Source: Octopus vulgaris
Taxonomy: Eukaryota
Reading direction: 5' to 3'
Assembly: GCA_951406725.2 (NCBI GenBank)
Contig: OX597815.1
Location: 43,586,001 to 43,650,000 of the forward strand
Length of the DNA stretch: 64,000 nt
The notes below the pieces were generated by a model. That model was given only the letters and a program-made list of their open reading frames with translations, was not told the DNA's origin and ran no database searches. Positions 14,091 through 28,529 of this stretch are shown piece after piece (position 1 is the stretch's first letter; each line of letters starts with the position of its first letter). The translations under genes were made by a program, and so were the position numbers.

Positions 14091-14849
14091 GGAGACAGAG
14101 GAAAGTCCGAGAGAAAAGGGAGACGGAGAAAAAAAATCGCCAACAATCCACATGTAGTTACATTTTGAATGTATGTATGTATGTATGTATGTATGTATGT
14201 ATTGAGTGGACAAACGGAAGAAAAGTCCATTCAACACATTTAGTAGGGGTTACACATATTTAAAACAATATGATTCGGTTCCAAGCTACTTCAAGTTTCA
14301 CAGGCCACTAACGGGAGCTCGACACTATCAGCAATGTGTGTGTGTGTGCGCACGTATGTATATATATATATACACATATACATACATAGATACACATACG
14401 CACGCACACACATACAATATATACATATAAAATTTACACTCGCATTACTCGCTTTCTATAGCTTTCTCTACTTCAATGTACATGTCAATTTGTTGTCATT
14501 TCCTGCTTAATATTTTATAGGAATTAACTAAGAAGCTTTAGTAGGATGAAATTTGAGCTCTATTTCTAGTCATCAGTGAGTCCCTTTCCTTTTTCAGTAA
14601 ACCGTAAACCTACCTATACCACCCTTCCTAAAAACAACCTAAGACATAAGGTAGACCCGTAGATCAGAGATTTCCCATGACTGTTCGAGCTCTACATTAT
14701 TCAATTTATGCAAGAAATCGTTTACAGAGAGTGCAGATTGTAATTTCTCGAAGGTTTATTGTCCACCTAAAATCTCTTAATTGTTGAGCGTTCGATTGTA
14801 GTTACACATACAATTCTAGTGTGCAGGCTTGTTTATTGCTGCTTTCTTT

Positions 14850-15934
<1,085 letters not shown>

Positions 15935-16049
15935 TGAAACGAACGGTCAATTCATGAACAAATACAAAAACTACATAAGTCAAATGGACGTTCACAGTGT
16001 ACATATGAGTTTGACGCCTAGTTTGCCACTCGGTGAAAGTGTAGACGGA

Positions 16050-16340
16050 AAATTAACGTAAACATTGTACAACAGGAGTATGTTTCCGGAAGCGGATGTC
16101 AGCTAAGTTTTCAGCGAATCTGTCGGCTAGACGGCGGCCGGAGTGTCCAACATACAAAGACTTCCGAAGAGTACATTCTATGCAATATATGACGTTAGTA
16201 GGTGTGCATGAAAAAGCGTCTCGGGTGTGCACAATGCGTTGGTTAGTTTCAGTGAGGGAAGTGCGTTGGTGATGAAATGGCAGGAGTGGCCTGAGAACTG
16301 GAGCAAGAAAAGGACCCACGGTGGGCGGAAATGGGGGAGG
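16050..16340 (-). pseudogene. Penelope-like GIY-YIG endonuclease fragment (second lineage)
   Basis: RDAFSCTPTNVIYCIECTLRKSLYVGHSGRRLADRFAENLADIR, preceded by a Cys/His linker remnant. Confidence 0.85.
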
Positions 16341-17794
16341 GAAGGAGTGGCATAATATCATTGAACGTGGTGGATGGCTGAAATTGTAACGCGCTAAACA
16401 AAATATCCCTTGACGTTCTGAGTTCAAATCCCTCCTACATCTACTTTCCTGTCAGCTTTCCAAGCTCATAAAATATTCTTTTCCAGGCATGTGGTGAATG
16501 TCAGAAATCACGTCAGAAATCTTTATTACATTTATACATAGATCGTGGGTAGGAGAATCGATAGAAAGCGCCTATGAACATTTAAATTTCCCAAATATCT
16601 GCCATATGTACTTCATCCGCATGCATATTTTTCGTCATGGTTTCCCATGGCTTTTCTGTTGCTACTTTCCTTGAACCTATACTTCTTGTTAGTTTGTAAG
16701 GACTTTTATAGATATTCCATAATAAATATCTATTTGTATAACGGCACTGACGTAAATTGAGTAGAAGTTTAATATTCTGCCAATTTCCGATTTAGTTCTC
16801 TCCAAATATTGAGAAAATTCCAATCCATTTGGATAAAAAAAAAAACTTCTTTAATTTGCTTGAACGCTAGTATGAATATCCTGGCCTTTAACAAACGTAG
16901 AGCCTCATTCGATTAATTCTGATGTACCAAATAAGAGCTAAATTACTTTGAATTGATAATTGACTGTACTACTAGACGTGAGTAACCAAGCAGATATTCT
17001 TCAGGAACCTATTCCGCACTCCGTCTCGTATTTTAATCCCACATCCTCTAGTATTGTGCCGATCTCCACCCTCGAAATTTGTAGTCATGTGAGTTGCAAG
17101 GCGACCTCAGTAGTACTGGTCGCATGAAAAAAAAAATTCAAAAAAATAAAAAAGCAAGTAAACTGCTTGAAAGTAAGAAGGGAATAGAGCAGTAGAAATC
17201 ATGCCAAAGCAGATATTGGCGCACAGAGCAATCCTTAGACGCGTCTGATTCCATACCAGCATAAAACGCTAAATGATGATGTGGAGACGTTAAATGATGA
17301 TGTGGAGAAGGAGGAGGAACATGATAATATAAATACATTCTCACGTATATACTTATACATATACATACGTACACTCACAAGCAATAATTCATTTTTAAAA
17401 CTTAAAAAAGGATTTTAATTCATTTATTTTTAACCTACATAATTACCTGAAAGTATACAAGCTCGTCGCTATACAAGCTCGTCGGTCCAGTGTATTAGCA
17501 GAGGCATGAAACTTATAAGAGTTGGCATTTAAATCCCGTGTGTTTTAATATTCATATCTCATTGGATTGAGTTTTGAAACCACTAATAATGGAACAGTAC
17601 ACTATACATACATGGTGGTGGCTGCCCCCTCGTTATCGAGTATGGCCATTGCACGAAATCAACGTTGTTATCGTGCAATGCTTGTGCAAGAAGATATTTT
17701 TTAAAGTGAGGAAAGGCTGTGCACTGAGTCAATCCCACTCACTAAGCAACAGCAGCCATAACCCGAAAAGAAGAACAAGTCAACATCATCGGTA

Positions 17795-18062
17795 ACCACT
17801 GAGCCGCAGGTTTTATGTCGGAGTTATCCCAGTTACCTGAGTTACCTTCTCCTAGAAGGATGCCCTAACAAAGGTTAGGAGTCCTTCACTCCCAGTGGTT
17901 TAACCGAGCGATCGGGTATTCAATCCGATTATTTCTATGTCCCCTTACATGATAGAGCCTTAAGACATTTATTGGATGGCCGTTGACTCTCAAGAGTTCC
18001 TCCGCCCTTTGACGGGTTTTGTTTTTCATCTCGCAGGGTGTCCAATAAACACCCTCCTCAGC
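17795..18062 (-). mobile_element. Structured non-coding segment resembling an RTE-type LINE 5' UTR
   Basis: Minus strand has GGCATCCTTCTAGGAGAAGGTAACTC, resembling the GGCAACC..CTAGGAGAAGG motif I recall from RTE-type 5' UTRs; several hairpins upstream. Confidence 0.4.
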
Positions 18063-18075
18063 ATACATAAATACA

Positions 18076-18109
<34 letters not shown>

Positions 18110-18201
18110 AAGTAACAAACTAAGGAAAAGAAATCCTTCAAAGGGGAGTGTTAAACATCCACTTCACTGGTACCATATAAATATTGGTATAATGCAATTA
18201 A

Positions 18202-18448
18202 AAAGATAAAATAGAGATACTATTGACAATCCAATTATTTATTTATATTATAATATTACATGATATACTATGACTATAATATAACATATTACTATATAGC
18301 ATAAACAATTATTAAACAATGGTTTTTTTAAAATAAATTATTTATGTTATATAATATTATGTTATATTATAGTCATAGTATATCATGTAATATTATAATA
18401 TCAATAAATAATTGGATTGTCAATAGTACCTCTATTTAATTTATCTTT
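18202..18448. repeat. AT-rich inverted repeat
   Basis: Arms of about 88 bp (18202-18289 and 18359-18448) are reverse complements. Confidence 0.9.
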
Positions 18449-18891
18449 GTGATTACATGTATATATATACACACATACACATACATACATGCAAGCGCAC
18501 ACTTGTATATATTCATATTCCATTGGATTGAGTTTTGATCCCACTAATAACTAAAGAGTACACCATACATACATACATACATACATACATACATACATAC
18601 ATACATACATACATACATACATAAATACATACATACATACATATACATATACGTATATATAAAAATATATATATATATATGTATGTACCTACATACATAC
18701 ATATATATATATATACACACATATATTGGGTATGGTAGATGAGTTCAGCAAAAATTTAGATTCAGATGAATATGATACTTAAGTTGAGGCACCAGAATTT
18801 AGTATGGTATTATCCATACAATTTCAAAGTAAGGTGATTAAAATCAAAATAAGCAACGATCGTACTGCATTACTTCTGGATATCCTTGTTG

Positions 18892-18932
<41 letters not shown>

Positions 18933-19115
18933 AAAGGGCTTAGTAAAATAAATTACTTCGCCGCATACTGAACTCATTAGAAATAGCAGCTAAAAAACTT
19001 TTTTAAAGCTATTTCTAATACTTAAAGAAAATCTCTCTCATATATAGCGCCTGCCTAATTCAACTCACAAAAGTTTGGGGGTAAGGACATTAAAAAATCA
19101 AATGCTAAGGTTATT

Positions 19116-19167
19116 TGAGTACGTACGTTTCAAGATTAGTCAAAACAACACTTCTATCTTCAGCTCA
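19116..19167 (-). ncRNA. Type I hammerhead ribozyme
   Basis: TGAG-CTGAAGA-TAGAAGTGTTGTTTTGACTAATCTT-GAAA-C(GTAC)G-TA^CTCA; stem I TGAG/CTCA; palindromic ACGTACGT stem III; imperfect stem II. Confidence 0.7.
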
Positions 19168-19293
19168 GAAATTCCTTGGTTTGGATTTGGAAACACTGAA
19201 AGTAAGAACATACCCTTTCGAAGATTCCCTTTCGAATCTTCGAAAGGGTATGTTCTTACTTTCAGTGTTTCCAAATCCAAACCAAGGAATTTC

Positions 19294-19343
19294 TGAGCTG
19301 AGATAGAAGTGTTGTTTGACTAATCTTGAAACGTACGTACTCA
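19294..19343 (+). ncRNA. Defective hammerhead (mirror copy)
   Basis: Same motif, but the core reads CTGAGA (1-nt deletion at N7). Confidence 0.6.
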
Positions 19344-19633
19344 AATAACCTTAGCATTTGATTTTTTAATGTCCTTACCCCAAACTTTTGTGAGTTGAAT
19401 TAGACATATATGAGAGAGATTTTCTTTAAGTATTAGAAATAGCTTTAAAAAGTTTTTTAGCTATTTCTAATGAGTTCAGTATGCGGCGAAGTAATTTATT
19501 TTACTAAGCCCTTTTATATAATGTAATAATTTGAATTCGCCTTAAATGGTCCCTTTGCATACTGAACACTTGGTGAAATTGATTAATAATTAATTAATTT
19601 TACCCTCAATTGTTGAAATTATATATATATATA

Positions 19634-19870
19634 TATAATATGTGATAATTATTCGGTAGCCATGGTAAAACTCCGAGTTTCGGATGTCGGGGGTGGAAAT
19701 CCACGCCGGTATAGTATAGAAGCATTTTTTTCGATAGCCCGATAACTGAAGAGGTGCCGGCGTGGGTTTACCATGTCTACCGAATAATTGTCACATATTA
19801 TATTTACAGATAAATTCCTCTATTTACATAATATCGAGGTCTCTTTCATTCTTTTGTTGTCTTGCCATTT
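19634..19870. mobile_element. Small fold-back element with hammerhead halves on opposite strands
   Basis: 35-bp outer inverted repeats (19634-19668 / 19767-19801) and inner CCACGCCGG/CCGGCGTGG; CTGAAGA on + at 19746, GAAACTCGGAGTT on - from 19681. Confidence 0.65.
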
Positions 19871-20031
19871 CTATCAATATATATATATACACACACAAAT
19901 ATATATATTTATATATACACAAATATATATATATATATACACACAGATACATACATATATATATATGCATCTATCTGTCTATATATATTTATACACACAC
20001 ACATATATATATATACATGTATGTATGTTTG

Positions 20032-20062
<31 letters not shown>

Positions 20063-21247
20063 ATTTAAAGTGTTTGAGAAAAATGAGTGAGACTGTGTGC
20101 ATGTGTAACTGAGATAAGAGTTGTTGAGTAAAAAGAACAGAGATTCGTTTTTTGATAATATTTTCGTTCATTTGGGCATACGTCGGAATTGAATCGGTAG
20201 GATTCTAGTGGCAATATCTAGACGATATATGATCTAGCATGCAAAATATGTTGTCTTTGCTTGTTTGCTTGTTAGATTCTGTTTGTGCCAGCGCGTGTTT
20301 ATTCTTCGTAATATATAAGCATATGTCCAAAGTAGAAAATTTTTATACCGGCTGAACACTTTAAACTTCAAGATATACTTCTTTCTATTCAACACCATAA
20401 AGTATATCGATTACATTGCCACAGCACGTCAACGAAGAGATCACTGTCTGCCAAAAATAGAAGCTAGATTTCCTTTAAGTTACATCCTGCTGTTTTTACA
20501 AATGAAGGAGAGATTACGAACTGCTTTAAAGACACCGCGTTTGGAAAAGCGACTAAGTGGTCACGGTTGAAATGGTTTTGTTGATAGATATCCTGGTTCA
20601 GCAATAACCTGGGGCTAAACACATCCCCCCCCACACACACACATACAATTATGAGTGTATAATACATACCTATACATGCACACACACACACAACATACAT
20701 ACACACACACACATATATATATACATATATATATATGTACATATATATGTGTATATATATATACACACACACTTATACATAGGCATGGATAATATTATCT
20801 TTTGAATGATTCATTGTTAATTACTTCATTTTGAATAGTTCATTGGTACATTACTTCATTAATTATAAAAATAAAAATTACTAATTAACTAATAAATTAA
20901 AAATATATAAATTTGTGTACTTCATTGCCAGAATGAACCTCTTAAAATTCTGCTATTTCTGTCTCAATACACGGTTTTAGAAGAAAAATCTTGCGAAATA
21001 AATACACTACACAAAAATCTCCCCACACACATACAAATATGCATGCGGGCACACACGCGTAAGCACGTACATACTCGCAAGCACGTACGTACATGTACAC
21101 GCTTATACTTAAACATACACATCCATATATATACCCACATATACATACATAAATTCACATATAACATGCATTTATGTATATTTGAGTATGTGGTATATAA
21201 ATGTGTTTCCATGTATGCGTTTGCGTATATGAAAGAGAAACAGATAC

Positions 21248-21345
<98 letters not shown>

Positions 21346-22109
21346 CGTGTGCGCGCGCACGTTTGGTAAATTGTTTGATGGGGAGGCTGTGAAGTAATTT
21401 GCAAGGTCGATTTATTGGTTAGCAGATAGACAGAAGCTCCCTATATGGCCAATTTTTTTCTTAGTAATTCCGCCCTTTCAGAGACTATTTTATCAACCCC
21501 AATCTTATTCAACAATATTTTTTTTTCGACTTCCCATAATCATTTCTGTTTACCTAACTTTTTGGTTGAAAGCCTCTTTCTCTTCTCTTTCCCTTGATCT
21601 TACTAACCCGAAGTTTCATACCTTCTTAGCACCCCTACAAACTTCCTCCTTCCCCTGAATGCTTCTTATATATGTTCCTTCTCTCTCATCTAACACCGCA
21701 CATATTTCATAGCAGTCTTCTTTCTTTACTTCGTCCCCCCACCACCACTTTTTCTGATTCTGTCTTTAACACTTTTTTTCCATTTCTTTTTCCTCTCTGC
21801 ACGCACTTTCTCTCTATCCATGGCTGTTACATTAAGTTTCAAACTAATCCCTATGGCAGACATATCTGTTGCTTCGACATTGAGGGACTACTCTGGTATT
21901 TAAGGGTTAGAAAAGCTAGCACTTCTTATGGCGGATTTGAACTTAACAATTTAGTCGTTTAGCATTTATTACTCTCTCGGCAGTGTGTATATGTGTGTTT
22001 ATATATATCCCTTGCAGATTAGACTCACACACACACACACACACACATAGACAGATAAATAGATAGGTAACTTAGATAAATATCGATATATTCATATACA
22101 TATACACAT

Positions 22110-22582
<473 letters not shown>

Positions 22583-22583
<1 letters not shown>

Positions 22584-23561
22584 GGATAAAATCTTTATAA
22601 GAAATTATCAAGTAGTTAGCGTGAAAAACCTCGTAAGAGAAAAATCTGTAACTTTTTTCAACTTTGAAAATACTTGTGTGGTACCTATGAATAATAGTAC
22701 CCGCTATATAATATAAATAAGTATTTTCAAAGTTGAAAAAATTTACAGATTTTTTCTCTTACGAGGTTTTTCACACTAACTACTTGATAATTTCTTATAA
22801 AGATTTCATCCTATTTTTTTTTCATTTATATTTTTCACCGGAATAGTTCAATACTGAATTTTTGTTCCGAGTAGGCAAGTTGGTACCGAAATGCATTGCG
22901 AAAAAGCCCGCCATTTTCATAATATATATATATCTTATATAGAGGGTACTATTATTCATAGGTACCGCACGCTAGGAGGGACTTTTGCAGTCAAAACTAC
23001 TAAAATAAACAAATTGTACCGAATGCAAAACTTCAAAGCGAGTCATTTAAAAACAGAATTTAGTTACATATCACCTGTGATTTCGCAATCAATGCAGAAT
23101 ATGCATTCTATGCTCTTCAGTGCAACGAACTCAAGACATGTAAGAAAAAACACAACATCACATACCCGACAACCAACCGTAGAATTCGCCGCGGCATGTA
23201 CAAATTTTTATCTTTACATATCTATGAAAATGGCGGGCTTTTTCGCAATGCATTTCGGTAACCAACTTGCCTACTCGGAACAAAAATTCAGTATTGAACT
23301 ATTCCGGTGAAAAATATAAATTTTAAAAAAATAGGATAAAATCTTTATAAGAAATTATCAAGTAGTTAGTGTGAAAAACCTCGTAAGAGAAAAATCTGTA
23401 ATTTTTTCAACTTTGAAAATACTTATTTATATTATATAGAGGGTACTATTATTCATAGGTACCGCACAAGTATTTTCAAAGTTGAAAAAATTTACAGATT
23501 TTTCTCTTACGAGGTTTTTCACGCTAACTACTTGATAATTTCTTATAAAGATTTTATCCTA
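22583..23561. mobile_element. About 980-bp nested palindrome with a hammerhead-bearing core
   Basis: Arms 22583-22920 and 23223-23561 are reverse complements; each arm holds its own hairpin of about 230 bp; unique core of about 300 bp. Confidence 0.9.
23063..23126 (-). ncRNA. Type I hammerhead ribozyme
   Basis: GTTGCA-CTGAAGA-GCA(23 nt)TGC-GAA-ATCAC(AG)GTGAT-A^TGTAAC: 6-bp stem I, G-C closed stem II, 5-bp stem III, AUA cleavage triplet. Confidence 0.85.
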
Positions 23562-23568
23562 TTTTTAA

Positions 23569-23636
<68 letters not shown>

Positions 23637-23679
23637 GTTTGTGTGTATGTGTATGTCCTCTATAGGAGCAAGGCGTGTT

Positions 23680-23860
23680 ATTCAGAGCGAAAGGGCTAGT
23701 CAATTACATTGACCACCCACCTCACCCCAGAGCTCGACTGGTATTTATTTTAACGACCCTGAGAGGATGAAGGGTAAAGTTGATCGTAAATGATTCAACT
23801 TAGAACGTAAAGTCGGAAGGAAAACTGCTAGCCATTCCGACCGGCGTCAACTCGCCTTGT
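23680..23860 (-). mobile_element. Degraded family A SINE
   Basis: CTCGACTGGTATTTATTT..CGACCCTGAGAGGATGAAGG body; CAACTCGCC head. Confidence 0.7.
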
Positions 23861-24347
23861 GTATGTATGCATTATAACCATGCATGTGTGGATACCTGGC
23901 TGGCTAGCTGGTTTGATGATTGTGTATTTAGGTGTCTCTCTCTCTCTCTCTAGGTATAGTTTTATGCTTATTTCTCTGCTAGTTGTAAAACATTCTATAT
24001 ATACGCCTCTGTGTGTTTGATGTTTGCATGTACGCTACTAGAGCAGAAGGATACAATTACAAATGTAATAATCCTCATCCCGCTGGTTTGGCGATTGTGT
24101 TTATCAAAACTTAGGAGAATAAGTCGATGTGTTTAATAAGGTTAAAATGATTTAAACATTTATAACTTGTCCTGCACTATGGCGAATAAAGGAGAATGAT
24201 ATGGGTATAAATTCTATTTTGTTTTCAGTTACTAAAAAGTAGTGGGGAAAAGTTTAATAGATAATTGGTGCAGTGGCTGGTATTTGTCAGTTTAAAGACC
24301 ATTTGATTACCGGAAAACATTGTGAATCATAAGTATTTGTGATAATA

Positions 24348-24564
24348 CGAGGGGTTGCTGAAAAGTTCCTGCCTTTGGATAAAAGAAAATACAGGAGGAT
24401 CAATTAATTATGATTTTATACAATATGTTTCCCTCTCAGATTCGTACACTTATGCAGCCGTCCTTCTGCTTTTCTAAGTCCTGTAAAAGAATTCGGAAGG
24501 TTGGACTTCCAAACAGGCCTTTCGTGACACCCTTAAATGCCAGGAACTTTTCAGTGCCCTCTCG
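24348..24564. mobile_element. Mariner-type MITE, 217 bp
   Basis: TA-CGAGGGGTTGCTGAAAAGTTCCTG ... CAGGAACTTTTCAGTGCCCTCTCG-TA: TIRs plus TA target duplication. Confidence 0.88.
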
Positions 24565-24689
24565 TATGTAAGGGTAAATATCTTTTTTTACTTGAGCCCT
24601 AGGATTCATAAGGTTGGTTTCTCGGTTTCTGTGGTGTATATGCGACCGAGATCACAAGATTTCTCTGAAGGAAACATCGGTTCGCTCTA

Positions 24690-24875
24690 GGGTTTAAGGT
24701 CAACAATTTTGGGGGAAGGGAACAAATTGATTACACCGACCTCAGTATTTGATCGTTACTTTATTTTATCCATTCTGAAGACACAAAAGACAAATTTGTC
24801 CGCGGAGGGATTCGAACCCAGCAAGTAAAGATCCGGAAGAAATGCTGCTACCGATTCTGCCAATTCACCGCTTAA
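24690..24875 (-). mobile_element. Degraded family A SINE
   Basis: TTCTGCCAATTCACCGC head, GGATTCGAACCC B-box complement, body remnant. Confidence 0.7.
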
Positions 24876-27256
24876 CAGGCAAATATAGATATAGATAAAG
24901 AAAAAAGAAAATAATCATTGCATATGATTCACATAAGTAGCATTAGATGCACAATTGTGTTTGTATCTATACATGTGTATGTATATGCGTGCAGATGAAG
25001 AGGTACGCTTTTTGCCTGCATCTGATATACTCTTGTCCTTTTTTAGCATTATATGTCTATACGAGATGCTTTCTTGGGACGAATATCGCATTTTTATGTG
25101 TTTTTACAGCATGTCCACGTTAAGTACGATATACAGAATGCTTCTTTGAAATAATACCGCTTGTGTCGCTAATAACAAAGTTTTATCTAGAAAAAATAAA
25201 TTATATCTTTAGATTCAATTATATTTTATTTCTAACAAGAATATAAGTTAACCACCTTCCATATTTCCAGTTAATTTCGGTTAGATCTCGTGGATTAAAA
25301 CCAAACAATTTTTTAATGCAATAATTTGAAGAAAGATCGTGGAAGTTAACAACTGTCACCACCGACTAATGAATGTATAAACTCAATAAATTTGATACTA
25401 ATTACAAAGATTGTGGTGGGGATGAAGAAAATTATCATCATAATTTTTATCTTAATAACTCGGCAAAATTGACACCTAGTAAAAGAATTGATGTTAATAT
25501 CCGACTACAGTCCAACTCATAATGCACAAAAAAAAACTTACATAGGAAATGATTTTTAACGATTATTTGTAACATAATCAGTAACCAACATAATATTTTC
25601 TGTAACTAAAAACAACGACGAATATTTTGAAAATGTTATCCCTAGGGTTTAATGCGCACGTCACCTTCAATATCTGTTTAGCTATAGACATACACAGCTA
25701 GTTAATCGGCATGTTTAAGATCCAGTCGATATCAAAGAGATTCAGCTCACAAAAGACTAAGGTAGACTGTGCACCGACCATGACGACCAGCTACTTCTAT
25801 ATTACTATTGAATTCACCAAGTAGCTGCAGCTATATGAAAGAAACCTTTGTTGTTTATGATTAGATATCTTAATGATATGCGATATATTGAAACACTACC
25901 AAAATGAACTCAGGAAATGTTTATATAACAACCAAAAGGAAATAGAAATAATACAGTCCTCGAATAAGTGAAGTACAAGAAATGTTTCCAGGTGCGCACA
26001 TATATTTACCATTTTGAATCTGAGACTTATGAGCAATCTAAGGCTGGTATACAGAAATTTGCAACTATAAATAATGATAATTTAAAAGATGCAGCGAAAG
26101 TTGTGAAAGAAGAATCTCATGGTAATTTTGTAGAGACAGTTTTTGTTAGCTTATCAATACTTCCCTCTAAAGACATTCTCCAATCGTGCAATATCAAACA
26201 AGAGGGAACGAAAATCTGTAGAATACATAAGTTTTAAGTTAAGAGATGACATGATTGCTCCATCGCTGCTCTCACGTTAAAGTGTGCTAATGGCGTTATT
26301 CTTAAATTATGGGTAATTCACACTTTGTATTGTCTCCTTCGATCAGAATAATTTTTGCACTTTTATCCTCATTCGTAAATGTTTGATATCATTTCTTTCA
26401 TCAATTGCAAAATAGATATGCGTGTGCTTTTGTTGTAGATTTTTTTCGTTCTATCGCTTCCTTTCTTTCTTTCTTTACTTGCTTCAGTCATTGGACTACG
26501 ACCACGCTAGAGTATCGCCTTGAAGGCCTTCAGTCGAGTCGAGTAGATCGACTCAATACTTATTTTAATGTCTGGTACATATTCTATCAGTCTATTTTGC
26601 CGTACAGCTAAGTTACAGAGACGTAATCCAACGCCGGCTGTCAAGCTGATTCTGGACAAACACAAGCACAAAGATATACCTACAGATACGACGGGCTTCC
26701 ACATATTTTCCGTGTAGCAAATTCCCGCGTATATTCCACTACATTCCTATATATTTCACAATATTCCACTATTTCTGTTTATATTCAAGTTACTGTGCGA
26801 TATCATGTATTCAGCCTAGGACTATAGTAGAAGACACTTGCCAAAGGTGCCGCACAGTAAGACTGAACCCGACACTACGTAATAGCAAAGCGTTGCATTA
26901 TTTGTTATTGACTGATTTTATAATGTTTTGCTTTTTAGCTGGGTGAACTTGGCACACTTCGTGTGTTCGTGTCTTCCACACGCTTTCCTATTTAGCATCT
27001 CTAGTTTGTTATCACAGCTTTCAAATAGTTTAAAATCATCATACACTGCTACTGACAGAAAGTGTAGAGAATTTGACAGTGGATATTCCTTTTATGTACA
27101 TTTTTACTTTGGATCCTATAAAGTCAATTTAACTTTTTATCTTACTTAAGGGCAATCATCGACATAGCAGATAAATATTGAATTGAACTGGTTATGTCCT
27201 TCGTTGAAAAATATTAGACCAAGGAAGAATTCGTTACAATCGATGAGGAAGATATA

Positions 27257-27424
27257 GAAGAAGAAGAAGAAGAAGAAGAAGAAGAAGAAGAAGAAGAAGA
27301 AGAAGAAGAAGAAGAAGAAGAAGAAGAAGAAGAAGAAGAAGAAGAAGAAGAAGAAGAAGAAGAAGAAGAAGAAGAAGAAGAAGAAGAAGAAGAAGAAGAA
27401 GAAGAAGAAGAAGAAGAAGAAGAA
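27257..27424 (+). repeat. (GAA)56 pure triplet tract
   Basis: 168 uninterrupted nt, followed by (GAC)4. Confidence 0.95.
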
Positions 27425-27663
27425 GACGACGACGACGTGATGGAGGGAGAAGAGGGGAAGAATAACATCGAAAAGAAAAAGAGAAATATTTGGATAAAGA
27501 AGATATAGAACTTTTCGTTTGAGCATCTGTTTCCAGTCACTGATATCGCGTTGTGACTCTGGTCAGGAGGCGTATTTGCTTTATAAATAAGGTTAGAAGC
27601 CACTGCAAATGCAGTGGTTTTATATGGAATGTATTACCCCTATGCCCACAAAATAGCATCTGC

Positions 27664-27764
<101 letters not shown>

Positions 27765-27784
27765 ATAGGCAGGATATATAATAG

Positions 27785-28185
27785 GCAGGAGTGGCTGTGT
27801 GGTAAGTAGCTTGCATACTAACCACATGATTCCGGGTTCAGTCCCACTGCGAGGCACCTTGGGAAAGTTTCTTCTACTATAGCCTCGAGCTGATCAAAGC
27901 CTTGTGAGTGGATTTGGTAGACGGAAACTGAAAGAAGCCCGTCGGGTATATATATATATATATATATATATGTCTGTGTGTCTGTGTTTGTCCCCCCACC
28001 AACATCATCGTTTGACAATCGATGCTGGTGTGTTTACGCCCCCGTCAACTAGCGGTTCGGCAAGATAGACCGATAGAATAAGTACTAGGCTCACAAAAAA
28101 TAAATCATGGGGTCGATTTGCTCGACTAAAACCGGTGTTCCAGCATGATTTCAGTCAAGTGACTGAAACAAATAAAAGAATAAAA
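27785..28185 (+). mobile_element. SINE family B, full length
   Basis: GGCAGGAGTGGCTGTGTGGTAAG head through GACTGAAACAAATAAAAG. Confidence 0.92.
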
Positions 28186-28216
28186 TATTATATATATATC
28201 AATATGTATATATGTA

Positions 28217-28302
<86 letters not shown>

Positions 28303-28411
28303 TTATGAGAGCTAATGGTGTCAAGAAGACAGCAAAGGTGTCAGGTAATGCTGAGTAAGTGCTATGGACAGACTAGATGTGAGCTCTGGATTTTTATCTC
28401 TTCTGTCAATT

Positions 28412-28497
<86 letters not shown>

Positions 28498-28529
28498 AAG
28501 ATATATATATATATATACATATAAAAATA

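Larger units (their letters stand above)
18925..19522. mobile_element. About 600-bp near-perfect palindromic element with a hammerhead in each arm
   Basis: Arms of about 300 bp; 6-nt centre at 19228-19233. Confidence 0.9.

Noticed and set aside
14535-14590. Minus-strand CTGATGA-CTAGAAATAG
   Set aside because: No GAAA in register and no stem I complement.
16600-17050. Possible host exon (hydrophobic minus-strand frame)
   Set aside because: Multiple stops, no clear splice sites and no recognisable motif.
18020-18063. CTGAGGA directly before the GGGTGT/ACACCC hairpin
   Set aside because: Eight extra nt precede GAAA and there are no stems I or III; CTGA straddles the element/microsatellite edge.
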